A stretch of DNA of 64,000 nt from Nymphaea colorata (Eukaryota): the NCBI RefSeq assembly GCF_008831285.2, contig NC_045138.2:35278001-35342000 (forward strand), in the 5' to 3' direction. The notes under the pieces are model-generated. The model made no database searches. It worked only from the letters and a program-made list of their open reading frames with translations, and was not told the origin of the DNA. Below are positions 27,101 through 40,981 of the stretch, in pieces. Made by a program: the position numbers and the translations under genes. Position 1 is the stretch's first letter. Each line of letters opens with the position of its first letter.

Positions 27101-27822
27101 TGCTACCCTTTTCAGAACGTTCGTTTAGTTGGCCATGAGGAGATTTTGCAGATATGAGTTGGAAAATGGAGGCTCTCGCGAGACCCGCTGTGTTATCAAG
27201 CATCACTTCAAGCGCCTGCAGTTTGGTTTTCTACTAACTGATAAACAAAATACATAGCATCTGCCGCCTCGCCTTCAACCAAGTTCAGTTATTCACAGAG
27301 ACCACGTTGGTTGGTTTAATTTGAAGTACTCGGGACACTTGCTAGCCAGAACAAATATGCGGGAAAAGCTTTGTACCCGACCAGTGAAGCACCCAACTGC
27401 TGCCCCTCCCGGACAACTGGTTCTGGTGCAGCTTACAGTATATAGATAGGAATTAGGATGAAGAATGTATATAAACTGTCGTCTACGGACTTAACTTCTA
27501 CCATACGAGAGAGAGGGAGATAGAATGTTCACTTAAACGGTTTACCACACACACACATATATATATATATATTCTTCGCTGATAACTTGGTTTGTTTCAT
27601 GATAACTAGTATATATACCATATCAATTTAAATTGAAATCCAATATGGTTGGATCGAAATCAACGTACGGTGCATGATTGTTATAGAACTAAGCATGTCA
27701 AATCACAAGCATTTCAATATGTTGCGGTCGATCCTACACATAAAATTGTAAGCAGAAAAGTTAGCTGGATATATGTCATACATGAGTCAACTTTTGACCT
27801 GGAAACTAGATATATGGAGATC

Positions 27823-27993
<171 letters not shown>

Positions 27994-28572
27994 AAGGAAA
28001 GACATGCATGCAAGGAATGAAATAGAAAGTTGTTCCTTAGAGAGGAGGTGACATTGTACTCATCCCAATCCCAAATCACCACCAACAGATGAAAAAAGCA
28101 GGAATCAGACCGGTTAAAGTAGACAAGTGCCCATCGGCACCATTATGGCGGGTCCACCTTCCCCCTCCCCTCTGACCTTCGCTAAATTCTATATTCCTGT
28201 TACCCATCGCTCAATCCCTAAAACTGTAAACTGACGCCACATCTCGCTTTCTCCTCTACATTATTTGTCGTTATTCTTCATCGAAATTACCAACACAGAG
28301 AGAGAGAGTGAGTGAGAGAGAGAGAGACTCCCAGACACTTCTCTCTACTTTATATAAAGCCCAAGGCTTTCAATGACGGGGTGAGTCATGCAGCAAATAT
28401 CCTCGAAATTAACTTGGAGCTTCTCATCCAACCTATGCCAATAGCTGGTTTATTTCATCCTCCATCTCAATTTCAAAGGAGACCCAAGAACGCAACTTGT
28501 CCTTTATCGGAGAATCAGGTTTCTCAGGGCGGACCAACCAACGGCCATAGACTCCTCCTCCCTTATAATAAC

Positions 28573-28860
28573 ATGAGGTCTCAAGAATCCCAAAAGCTGA
28601 ATGGGGAGTCACCGATGAAGAAAGCCAACGTCTCCACTGCTAAGAAGGGAGTCAGGTACAGGGAATGCAGGAAGAATCACGCTGCCAGTATTGGCGGCTA
28701 TGCGGTTGATGGCTGCAGGGAATTCATGGCTAGTGGGGAGGAAGGAACAAGCGGCGCTCTCAAATGCGCTGCTTGCAGCTGCCACAGGAGTTTCCACAGG
28801 CGGGAGGCTGAAGAAGAGAGCTTTTGCGACTGTTCTTCGAAAACTACTGCAAAGAAATGA
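28573..28860 (+). CDS. MIF: Mini zinc finger protein (ZF-HD dimerisation domain without homeodomain), ~95 aa
   Basis: [52 protein letters not shown] followed shortly by a stop, with no homeodomain. Intronless; TATA-like TATATAAAG at ~28351. The start could alternatively be 28435 or 28614. Confidence 0.92.
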   Translation: MRSQESQKLNGESPMKKANVSTAKKGVRYRECRKNHAASIGGYAVDGCREFMASGEEGTSGALKCAACSCHRSFHRREAEEESFCDCSSKTTAKK

Positions 28861-29714
28861 ATGGTCGGAGTGCACTCCGTTCTTGCTCTTTTTATATCTG
28901 AAATCTTGTTTGGCAAGTAAGTCTGGTCGTAAAAGTGAATAAGCTGTGGATTAATTTGGCGTCTATATCATGGCTGTGGTATATATGTTTCGCTGTTTAA
29001 TTATGGCCCTATCAATTATGTGAATTAGACTTCCATGGTCTTCTGCTTCTTGTCATGCAGGAACTGAAGTTCGTAACTAATGAGAAAAAGGTCGTGGATA
29101 GCTTTTTAACTTTGGGTCTGTGGTCATATAAAAGTGGCGGTAATAAAAATTCTACAATTGGACAGTTAAAAAATTGACCTTTCATGTCTCGTAAGGTATC
29201 TGCAAAGCTACGAATTTATCATAAGGCTAGGTGAATGTGCAGTTTTCCTGATGTCGCTCATGTTTCTATGTCTGTTACACTCATATGCTGGCTCCTTTTA
29301 TGTGTCCAAAACACTTAGCAGATCTTGTCGTGTTGGTTATCGGATGGTTTTGACAAATAAGGAATGTATCTTGCTTCGACGATTTTTAGCCTGCTTCCAT
29401 CGCTTGTAAAAGGTTCCTCTTATTTGCACCAACTCAGGCTGTCAGGCACCATTTTATGATCTCGTCCAATTTGGGTTAACTTCCTGTTTACATGCATACA
29501 TATCTACAAAAAACAAAGGGCTAGTTTTACATCTATAGAAGAGGTTTCGTCTGATATTGTGCTATACTAAATGATCAGTTTCTGCGTTGTATAATCTATT
29601 CAGCTCCCTGAATGGTCGACGAAACGAACTCGTGCTTAATTAGTATTATCTTCTTCTTCCGTTTCGCTGTTCATATCTTATCCTCGAAGCGTTATATGGT
29701 GTCGCTAATTACTC

Positions 29715-29755
<41 letters not shown>

Positions 29756-31393
29756 TGTATCAAGGAAGACAGGGCCAAAGAGCCTGTAATTGGTTTCTCT
29801 TGAAATTTCACTGTCAGCAAGAAGGTTAATGCGCAGGAATTCTATCTCACGGTGCTGACGGTACTACGTAATATTTGTTACTTGATATGAATAATAGTTA
29901 TGTCAATGTTTTGTGGGTAAACTGGAAGGGTCTTGGATCAAGGATCATATAATATAGGATTGACCGCAAAACACAGACTCGTTTGTTAAAAGGTAAACCA
30001 GTGACGCAGAAAAGGGAAAAGGAACGAGAGAAGAAGCCCAGTTGGTGGGAGAAATAGGAGATCCCTTGTCTTTATTAACATTTTTTAGCCAACAAGAATA
30101 AATTAAGTTGCACACGAATTCAGTAAATGATGCATTTAAAAGGCAGAAATTCTGGTAAATAGTAAGCATGCATGCCATCTTCAATCGAGATGCCCTTGAA
30201 CTGGAAATCAAGTAAATCAAAAAGAGAGAGAGTCGATCGAGTCATTTCAAAGTGCTCAAAACTTTCCGTCTCCTCTGGCCCATGCATGAGTGCACTTGTT
30301 AACTTTTTCCCCACCTTAAGGGGTGCGGGCGTTAAAGGTGTATGTTGTTTAATTGGCAATGGGGAGCAGAGCAATATTAGCTGTGGATTCTTCCATTTGG
30401 TCAGTAAAAAAAACTTAAGATGTTGTTCATCTTCTGTCTGTTACAAGCTGGCAAGTGTTTCCTTTCCTCGGTTCAGTAAATTTTCAAACGCTACAGAGTG
30501 TCGGCCCATATCGCGTTCGCGTACGTTGGGGCCATGTCTGGCTGGCGCTGGCCTATCCACCCTCATTAATTTAATTGGCTACCGATCACCTGGCCGCTCC
30601 ACTCTTTACAACTGATCAATACTTCAAAAGACAGTAGTTGGCTCTACAAATTAATTTAGTAATTGGCTTCCCTACCTTTGAGTCATATATATATATATAT
30701 ATATATATGTGCAGGGGAGGATTGGACTCTTGCCATTTGTTATAATTGTGAATTCTCGTGAAAATAAATAAGAACTTGAGAGAGATCGAAAGCTATATAC
30801 AATTCTGTTCCCTTTTCACCCTATTTGGATGCACGAAGGATTCGATAAGGATGAACATTCAAAAGCCGGCCGAAATTTTCTAGAATTTTAAAGGGCCACA
30901 TTAATAATCATATCTAGACATCCCAGTCAACCAAACCGCACACATTCCTAGGTCATGAACAGCGTATGCAGATCACATCTATATGGTTATAAGTTCTAAC
31001 TAATAAACTTTTTTTTAAAAAAAAAAAAAAAAGAAAGCTAACTAATTAGAAAATGGATTGTGGAGTGTCATTGCACCAACAATATCTCCACCTTGAGCTG
31101 TTGACCTGTTCGAGGAGGGTCGGTCGGACCGTATACGCAACCATCGAACGCACTGGGGTATGTGCTTATATTTCCGATTGTAGTACTGACGTGTAATTGT
31201 CAACCTGCTTAAAGTAAGGTTGTGATGCAACCAAGCCAATCACAAGGCAAAGAACCTGCATAAGTTAAGGCCATATTATTTTGGTGGGCATCACCACAAA
31301 TAAGGTCTAGTATAAGAGTCGGGGTTTTGGCTTTTAGCCAAGATGAAATACCCCGGATCCTGCTCATCCTAGATACTTACTTACACCCACACC

Positions 31394-31868
31394 TAGGGCT
31401 GCACGCTAGCCAAGTCCAGCCAGAGCTTGCTAGCTTGAGCTTGACTCAGCTCAAAAAACTTGAGCTCGAGCCGAGCTCCTTACAGCAAGCTCAAGCTCGA
31501 CTCAACTACACAAAATCGAGCTCAAACTCGACTAGTTTAACTCATTTAGGCGTGAATTCGTTTCATATTAACTTGCGTAAGCATTAACTCGTATAAGTGT
31601 TAACTTATATAACTCGTGTAACTTGTGAAAATTTGTTCTTACCCTAAAAGTTAAAACTGGTAAATTGGTTTTGGTAGTATTATGTAGAGTACTGGTTTGA
31701 GAGTAGAGTCGAGTAGAAATAAGTCGAGTTCCTGAAACTCGAACTCAACTCGTTTATCATTTCATGTATCGGCTCGTTTATAAACGAGTCGAGCACAAGC
31801 ACGAGCCAAGTTTTTTTTTAGTGAGTTTGAGTTGAGCCTGAGTTGGCTCGACCCACTGTGCGGCCCTA
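31394..31868. mobile_element. Non-autonomous hAT-type MITE, 475 bp
   Basis: TIRs TAGGGCTGCAC ... GTGCGGCCCTA (1 mismatch). 8-bp TSD CCCACACC (31386-31393) / CCCACAAC (31869-31876). Many subterminal CTCGA/TCGAG/GAGCT motifs. Confidence 0.88.
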
Positions 31869-32423
31869 CCCACAACATTTGGACTGTTCAAGGTGTTCCT
31901 TGTTTTCCCTCACATGGAAAGGGTTCAAGATTTTAATCCTATGATCACTGCAGTGTTTACTCTGTCTTGCAAATGGCAGCAAGCACAACACTTGTAATAA
32001 GGATACATCCCAGGTACACCCAAACTTTAGAGCAAGCGACCAAAATCTTGGAGGCATAAGGGTGTTGGCTTTGAGAGGTTTTATGCCAACTCAGTTTCCC
32101 TTTAAGTAAACACTAAAAGGAACAAATAAAAAAAAAAAAAAAAAAGTTTCAGTTGCAAATTAGCATTCCATATGTCCAAAGTTAATTGGAAAAGTAAATC
32201 GCTTAGTCACTGAAAAACCTAAAATTTGTCCAAGGAACATGTAATTCGAACTACCAGATTGAAAGACATATTTCTCCTGCAAAAGGAAGCTTTTGTTTCT
32301 TGATCTGCATCCGAGCTACACTTCTCGTGAAAAGTAAGACCTTGAAACTTCCTTTGAGCATTTTTAGGTGACTTGATCGAGAAGACATAAGATTTGTTTT
32401 TGCGTCAAGTAACTGAAGAAGAG

Positions 32424-32454
<31 letters not shown>

Positions 32455-35400
32455 CTTGGGAACGATCTAATCGTAAAACTAACAACATATCCTTGTTGAT
32501 GAGTCTCACATCCTCAATGTTGCTACAGAAGTTTTGCCTTCCCAATGTGCCGGTAAAGGAAGAATGAGGGTGGGAATCGATGGTCGGTGCGGGAAACCAA
32601 TTTTCTCAGTTTAGCACATGCTGCATGCTTGGCTGTGACTTTACCGAATGAGGGCTGGCTTCTTCCCAGATGCCGTCCTGAGAACAAGATAATAATTATA
32701 ATACATATCTCCACACGGTGCTCGTGCTCCCTGGGTTTTCGAAGAAGGAAAATCTGATTCGATGGGGAAATGTCCATGAACGGGGCACATGAAAGTTCCT
32801 TCTGGAAAACTGATTGGTGACGACGGAATATTCTTAAGTCATGCTTTTGTTTCGAAAGGAAATAAAAAAAAAAAAATAGCGAACAATTTACCCAATTATG
32901 AAGCACGCTTAGGCACACATATATCATGCGGTCAGAATATATCAAATCAACAATATATCAGACTCAAATCGGCTAAACATATGAAGAAATTCACAATAGC
33001 CAACATATTATATGCGAACCCCCCCCAGATGTATAAATGTTTCTGAAGTAGTATCAGTGGAGTGCATGAATTTCATCACAAATTCATACAAGCAGGAATC
33101 AGCGACCACACTGTTTCTCAAACCTGGGTTTGCAATTGCAACTGTTTTTGCGAAGGAATCGAGAACACAAAGGTAGAAATTAATGAAGCTTGCAAAATAA
33201 ATTTGGACTATACATGGAACTTTATATCCCTTCAGCCTTCTACCATTTAATTTCCTAAACCAAACAGCCAGAGTAAACCTAAACCATAAAAAGGACTTTG
33301 TGTGGTTCACATCTGACACCTAAGATATATTCAAGCCCGTCTACTTTATTTTGTATTGCAATGCAGAAAATGGGATCACTTTTCTGGATAGTTGGCTGAA
33401 TTTCGCGTGTCGGTATTATTGGGGTCCAAATGTTTATCAACGTTTTGCCTTGGCATCAGAAATTTCGGACCAGAATTTGTTGTATAACAGCATCTTCAAT
33501 TAGGCTTAATTATTTTAACCATTCCATTAGATCCAGTACTAGAAGGTTCACTTGGGATTCAAATCCTACTCCTCTTGTCCGACCGATCTAATGGCTGTTT
33601 TTTAGTATTTCCAACTTCTTCTCTGCTTTGCTTTTAAAAAAAAAAAAGACTTGAGGACCCCATCTCACATGCGTGCGCCCTGGATTGGGCTCACAGCGAC
33701 GCATGATTTGATTTCTGCCTGTATGAATGAGCGACCTGACTAGCACGGCAACAAACCAAACTATTTTTGTGGTATTTCAACAAAGTTGTGGGTGACGTAT
33801 AGGGTATAGCCAATTAATTTATACTTTCCATCACAAAATTTTGAGTATGATAGACGACGAAGGCTCTCGAAGTAGCCGGGCTCCCACTCAAGGCTGCAGT
33901 CTTTCTCGACCAAGGTCGACGGCGACAGCCGGCCAAAATGAGGTACCTCATTTCCCATTTTCCGGTCAAACAGAGGGCTCGAAGCCCTCATCTCTGCCAA
34001 AGAGCTTCGACGCCCTCTGTTTTTTGCAGCGACAAATGGCGCTTTGCTTCTATTCTCGCCGGAAAGTCGACCTTCTTCCGGCGAGAGGGAGGATCTCGCT
34101 GTCGGATGTAGAGTACTTTAAAAAAAAAAAACCGAATATAAGGCTTCATACCGTTGGAAATTACTTTAAACGAAGGACGTCGTTTGTGTTTTTGTGGGCA
34201 GATTCTGCAATTTAAAAAACGTTAAGAGGGTAGAAATCCGGAGGCCACAAAACCGTGTGCCTGTAAATGAAAACCGGCGGAAAGTTTACGGCCACTAAAA
34301 CCGGGAATGTGAAAACGACGGGCCACGGCCCGCCTCCTCCCCTAAGTCCAATTTAACAGGACCATCCCACCCAATTGCTTTATTACAACTCTACCGACTA
34401 CAGAAAACCTACCCGCTGACACAAATCACTGAGCAATTTGATGCTGTTTCAGATTTCATAAGCATAAAATCTACACCGTTTTGTAACAGATGCAAGGGGG
34501 ATTTACTCTACTTATCTGCAAATGGAGAAAAAGCAAGAATGAGAAATGCAAATAATGACGAGGAGGTGGAGAAAATCTCGACGTCTGCTTGGATGGAGGG
34601 ACGGCGGGAGGAAAATGGTAATTGTCAATAAAATGAAAGAAAAAAAAAAAACTACAATTCAATGTAAGTCTAATTCTTCAAAAATTAGAAGAATTGAGAT
34701 GAAAAGGTTGCTCATTTTAATTATGTCTTTTACTTCATCTTCTTTTCCTCTCCATTTTTTTCCCTCCACTCAAACAAAGCCTGAAATATCGGATATCCAT
34801 TACCGATGCCACTCTCTTCAACCAAAATGACATTTTTAGAGTATTTAAATGACACAAAACCAAGTTGCCTCAAAAATGAATTTCGAAAAAGCCTAGATTT
34901 CAAAAAGGATTGAGTAACTTGGTCTCCTTGATTATTCAGCAAAAATGGTGTTCACTTCATGTCATAAAACCGAGTTTTAAAGAACACTAGAAAACTACTT
35001 ATTCACAAACACTATTTTTTTAAAACAGGTGCCGTCCAGTCCAACTACACACATAGCAACGTCAATGGTTTGGATGTAATGGATCTATTTGCCATTTTCA
35101 TGTGAGAGAGAGGGATTGTAACCCTGGAACTGAAATTGCTGATGAATTTTAGTTACGGGCAGGTTCCGGCTTTCGTTCGTGAGTGGAGTGGCTGCTTTGC
35201 TTGGTCCCTTCGCTTGCCCGTGCATCATGTAGTTCGAACACGAGGCGTAGCTGACTCAGCCACCAACCAAACCAACGACCGTCCGTCTGCGTTCCCATCT
35301 GCTCTCCTTACCGTTTGCTTGGAACGGTGGTAGGTGGGTGGAGGGGGTAAGTTTAGTTTAGGCGGCCTCACCCTCCTGTACTTGCACCACCACTCTTTTG

Positions 35401-35473
35401 TTGGTCTCCTAAGGTATTCCTCGAATTCTACGGCTGCGAGCAAGCAAGGGAACAAGGAGACGGCGGCTGAGAG

Positions 35474-38400
35474 ATGGAGCTGTTTCAGTCGCCCAACCTC
35501 GAGGTGATCAGCATTACGGTGGCCATTGCTGCCGTCGCTGCCGCCGCCGCATACTTCTACCTCAACAGCAAGCCTAAAGGTTTGCACCTTCCCACTCTCA
35601 TCTTTTTATCCTTTCTACTTTTTTCTTTGTTGGTCCTTCTTAAGCGGTTGTATTTTCCTTCTCACTTTGCCTTTGTTTGCGAAAACAATGTTTGGAATGC
35701 TTGTGATAGCTCCTAGTTTAGTCGGCAGTTTCGATGTTCAGGGTTTTATTCGTTGCTGTTCTGTTTCATTGTTGGTTGGTGATCCTCGAGTTTTGGGCTC
35801 CAGGCGATCGGTTCATTTCTTATGGGGAATCGTTTGTTTCACTTGATGTTGGTTTTTTATTTTTCTGATGCGGCTAATTGTTTCATTGTTGGTTGGTGAT
35901 CCTCGAGTCTTGGGCTCCAGGCGATCGTTTCATTTCGTATGGGGGATCGTTTGCTTCACTTGATGTTCGTTTTATATTTTTTTGATGCTTCTAATTGGGC
36001 GATCGATGTGGCTGGGGTTGCGTTCTTGCTGATGTCTTTCCTCTCCCCGTTTTTCCTCCTTACCCGTGCTAATTTTTGATGATCTGGATGGAGTTAAATA
36101 GAAATTTTCTATCACTGCAGATTGGATTTGTGAGACTGACAGCTTCGAGTGTTTTGATTGCCTGCAACTTGTTAAACGAAAGGCCCTAAGATGCTAAACG
36201 TTTTCTTCGGAAAACGTGGGTTCTGTTTATCTGAATAGGGGCATTTATCAGATTGGGAGTGCTCAGGTGCCCCGGAGTTTGAGCTTTGGTTTCCAAGCAA
36301 GAGTTAATGTTGACCCAACTGGACATTTATTTTGATATTCTGCAGGGGTGCATCAAGACCTGTGATCAATGTCTCCCTCTCTGAATAGCAACCTAATCAA
36401 GGCAACTAAATAATGGTTCCTTACGTAACTAGGCAGTGTCATGCAATATTAATCAACACTTTGTACCAGAATGAAATTACAACTAATTGAAACGATTCTA
36501 ATCCTTGTGGTGCAATTGCACGTGCATACTAAATGTTCTTGAAATAATGACACCTACATAGAGAAAATTTTGAAGTGAGAACTGCCATAGCCTTGGCCTT
36601 TTTGCATAATCAGTAGAAAAGATGTCTCCCTTATGATTAGGCACCAGATATCCGGAGGTGTGGAAAGAGCTGCTGTGAGAAGCGGAAAAACCATAAGAAA
36701 AGGGTTGAATGGATTAGAAATGACTCAACACTACAGGTTCCGTTGAAAATGTAGTTTCTTTAGCATATAGCTACTCTGTTTTTACACATTCTGTTTCCCA
36801 TTACATTATCTCTAGGCTCTCTAAACCATCTTTTCTTCTTCCATCTGTATCTCATTAAATTGCTATTGACGTTGTCAAACTGCATTCCTCCTCTTGTATA
36901 ACAAAAGACAAGTCTTTCAAGTAATGCAGAAAAGGTTTTGAATCTTGATGTATATTGTCCATGGTACTTTAAGTGGAAATCTCTACGTTTGAGCAAATTC
37001 TGAGAATCAGTTTGATTTGTTAGAATCATGTAGTTTGATCCCTTCACATATTTTCTCTACCACCTTATTTATTTTCGTTTGCTTTTTTGTTTTAAGTTTT
37101 CTAGATCTTTGGAAGTATAGAGAGCAAAAAGGATGATTAACAACTACGTGAAAAATTTCCATTTAACTAATTTACTCCATAAATTACTTTCTGTGTTCAA
37201 ACATTAAGGTCGTTGATTTTCAACCAAAAGCAAAAAGGAAGGGAAAGCTATGGAATGGAATAACAGTTCAACAAGTCATAGCAATTATAAGCAATACTTA
37301 TTAAGTAGATTCAAGTCTTTGTTAGTTTTGATCTAGGCAGTTCTTTATCCTATTCTAAGAAAGCTTAAGTTTCTAAAATGGACAAGCCTCAGGCCAGGCT
37401 CAAATGTTGAAATAGTTTTCAATTTTCCTGTGCAACTCACAAGATTGCTAGCACAATTTTCTACATATCCTGTTCCTAGGGAATTGAGTGTAGCCAAGCA
37501 CTGCAAAAGTTTGGCTAGTCAAATCGATGCTACTGCTACTAAGGTTGCTTCAAATTTTTTACCATTCTTTTATGATTGATTCAGTTCCTAACTTTAGCTT
37601 GCCGGAGTCATGCTAATTACTAAAACCTCATTGACTTAGATAAACTTGGATGACAGCTCAGTCCTCCCATGAGTTCGCCCAGTAACATCAACTTCCTGGA
37701 TAAGAGGCATAGTCACAAAAAACACATGTTTTTTTTGAAAAAAAATGCGATAATAAATTAGCCATTTAAACCTTAAAAAAACACTGTTCTTTTGAAAAAA
37801 CGTGAAAATGTAAAAACACAAAAAAGACATTTCCCCCCTTTTTTTAAAATTTTTTCAGTTTTTTTTTCACGTTTTTTTAATGTTGAACTGCTTCTTTTCA
37901 TTTTCTAATTTTTATTTGTTGCAAATTTACTTATGTTTTGTGTTTGTGTTATTAATTTCTCATTTATTTCCTCATTTTTAATGTTTTAAAATTTTACCAT
38001 ATTTTTTTTTCCATACTTTTCTCGTTTCTTTCAAGCTCGCCGTATTATACCCGAGAAAAACCTTGCCGTTTAAAATGGAAGAAAGTTTTTTTGTGATAAT
38101 GGATAAGAGTCAACTAAGATACTTAGTTGGCTCATGGAGCCTTCAGACATTCATTGGGAGACATGGGCCTTTTCAAGACTGCAGAATCAAGCTGGAATCC
38201 AACACCTTGATTTCATCTGTCAGAATATGGTCGATGATGAAAACTTGCTTGGCACTGTTATTCTGCCTTTTATGTGAAAAATAGCATTATGTAGGAACTG
38301 AGACTATAATATTCATGATGGTTGATCTCTTGTGAACTCATAGTCCTAAAAATCAAAATTGAAAACGTTAAGTTTTTGTTTGGTGTGATGTACAGGGTGC

Positions 38401-40981
38401 TTGGATCCTGAAAACTTCAGGAATTTCAAACTGGTCAAGCGTACACAATTGAGTCACAATGTAGCCAAATTTAAATTTGCTTTGCCCACCCCTACCTCGA
38501 TTTTGGGTCTTCCTATCGGGCAGCATATAAGTTGCAGGTGAAAATATTCTCTTGTTATGTTTTCAATTTTTGTCAAGGTTTCCTCATTATTTAGCTAGTT
38601 GGTGGTTTTGCTCATCTGGACAGAGGAAAAGATAGTGCTGATGAAGAAGTAATCAAGCCCTATACTCCTACTACATTGGATACAGATGTCGGATATTTTG
38701 AACTAGTTATAAAGGTTCATATTCCGCATCCTTTTAGTCAATTTTCCCTATTCGATAGTTACTCATTGAACTTTTTTGGCATGCTTTCTGTCTTGAATTT
38801 TCCCTATGCTAAGATTTGCACATTGGTGTTTCAGATGTATCCTCAAGGACGAATGTCTCATCACTTCCGTGAGATGAAGGTTGGCGATTACCTTTCTGTA
38901 AAGGGACCAAAGGTATCATCCTTCATTGAGTTGTTCTGTTTAGGACATTATCTAGGTCCAATAAAGCTTTTCTTGTTTGGCCAAACCTTGTCATTACACT
39001 ACTGCTTCTAAGTTCTGCATAGAGGTCATGGCATTACCATTTGGGTACCTTGGATTCTTGTGGCATGTCTTTAGAATGTCTTTACAATATTCTGAGTCTT
39101 TAAGTGGCTGATCAGGTTAAATGTCCCATGCAATTCCATTGGCCTTTTTGAGCTCAAACTGGACTATGTAGCATAGTATCTCTAGTGATTTTCGCATCTT
39201 TATGGCTAATCATTGGCCAGGTTTCTTAACTTTTAAGTAATTTTTCTAAAATCACTTGGATGTTTAAGCAGATTTTATGTATACTGTTGTGATTTTTGTA
39301 GCTCCTTCTTTTGGAGCATCAACTTCTTAGTGTCTTAGAAAGTACTATTGTCTTCTTATTTGACGTTTGCAAGAGGAAGAGTTTGTGGTATGTATTCATT
39401 CGTCACATTCTCTATGGTTGTGCTAATTTGCTGGTCTCCTATTGATAACAAACTGAATTTGATGGTATATGAATTATGAAGTTGGGTCCCATGGAAGTTA
39501 CTGTTACACTGGTAACAAACTTGATCTCAAAAGCTATGGTTTTAAATTTTAATCATTCTACCGTTCACTATGTTTATAACACCTGTTTGGATGTTGCTCA
39601 GCCAAAAAACTAAGATCGCTTTTGGTTTTGGGCTGCTTTATTTTTGGAAAGGGAATTTTCGAGAACTAGAGTTGATGTTTTTTGAAGGTTATTGGAATGT
39701 TGAAACTCACAATTCTCTATAGCACCAATGCTGGTTAATTAATGGTTCTCACCGCTTTCCATATTTCCACCACTTTCCCTTGTTTCCAGTCGAGAGCCAA
39801 AACAGCCTTACCTACAGTTGGTTGTTCTAGGAAGGCTGATTGATTGACTGTTCACGTAGTAATTTTTAGGTGTGCATGATGAGATTCTATACCTTCTTGG
39901 CAGGTCCATCTTCTGACAGTTTATGTGCATGCAGACATACAGAAAATTTATATAGACTTAGGAAGTGCTTCTGGTTTCTTTGCAGGGACGTTTCAGGTAT
40001 CAACCTGGCCAATTTAGGGCATTTGGAATGCTTGCTGGAGGATCTGGTATAACCCCAATGTTTCAGGTACTAGGAACTTAAGAAAAGCTGCTAAGACTGG
40101 TTGTTTTTGAACCTTAACAATGTTTAAGCCTTTTGGGCTTTTTTTTTTTTTACGTTCTTTTTCTCCATTGAATGTCTTAGCGTTTTATTTTCATTTAGGT
40201 GACTAGGGCCATACTTGAAAACCCAAAAGATGACACGAAGGTACACCTTATCTATGCAAATGTGACATACGAAGATATTCTGCTGAAGGTGATCCACTTG
40301 TGAACAATGAACGGCTTCTTGGAAGTTTGTTGTATTTTTTTGCTCAATGGACGGACAAGTAATGTTGAGGAATATGGCTGATAAATCCTTGTTACCTGTT
40401 GCAGGAAGAACTTGATTCCCTTGCTAGTAGCTATCCTGATCGCTGCCATGTCTACTACGTACTGAATCAGGTGAATTGTTCAGGTCTAGTTGCTTATTCT
40501 ACCAACACATTTTATGATGTTCATATTTTTTATGATTATATGTCACTAATTCTTAGCGTTGGTCAGCCGCCTGAGACATGGAATGGTGGTGTTGGTTTTG
40601 TATCCAAGGGAATGATTGAAGCCCACTGTCCAGCACCTGCAGCTGATATTCAGGTAACTTTCTTTGATTAAGTTGCTTCGCCATTGCCAAATCAAGTGAT
40701 TGCATATTGCTTTTACTCTTTTATTTCATCTATTGGAATATCAGTTCATTTATAAGTTTCCTTTGAAGCACACATTCTGTTATCAGATATTGAGGTGGTT
40801 GCTTACCTGCTTTATGTCTTTTTTTTGTCGCTTAGAATATCTGATGCATTTATAAGTTTCTTTTACGTCACACCTTTTCTGCTTTCAGATATTGAGGTGT
40901 GGTCCACCACCCATGAACAAGGCCATGGCTGCTCACCTTGACGACCTTGGATACACAAAGGAAATGCAGTTCCAGTTCTAA
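35474..40981 (+). CDS. CBR1: NADH-cytochrome b5 reductase; exons 35474-35579, 38396-38537, 38624-38714, 38835-38912, 39986-40066, 40199-40288, 40405-40470, 40567-40653, 40889-40981
   Basis: N-terminal membrane anchor, then GCLDPENF..., [78 protein letters not shown]...QFQF*. All junctions are GT-AG and phase-consistent. Confidence 0.95.
35763..35998. repeat. Tandem duplication of a 117-bp unit (2 diverged copies) in CBR1 intron 1
   Basis: GTTTCATTGTTGGTTGGTGATCCTCGAGT... starts at 35763 and again at 35880. Confidence 0.92.
39580..39807. mobile_element. Possible degenerate Tourist/PIF-Harbinger-like MITE in CBR1 intron 4
   Basis: Ends CACCTGTTTGG ... CCAAAACAGCC resemble Tourist-type TIRs. 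Flanks TAA and TTA are not identical. Confidence 0.35.
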
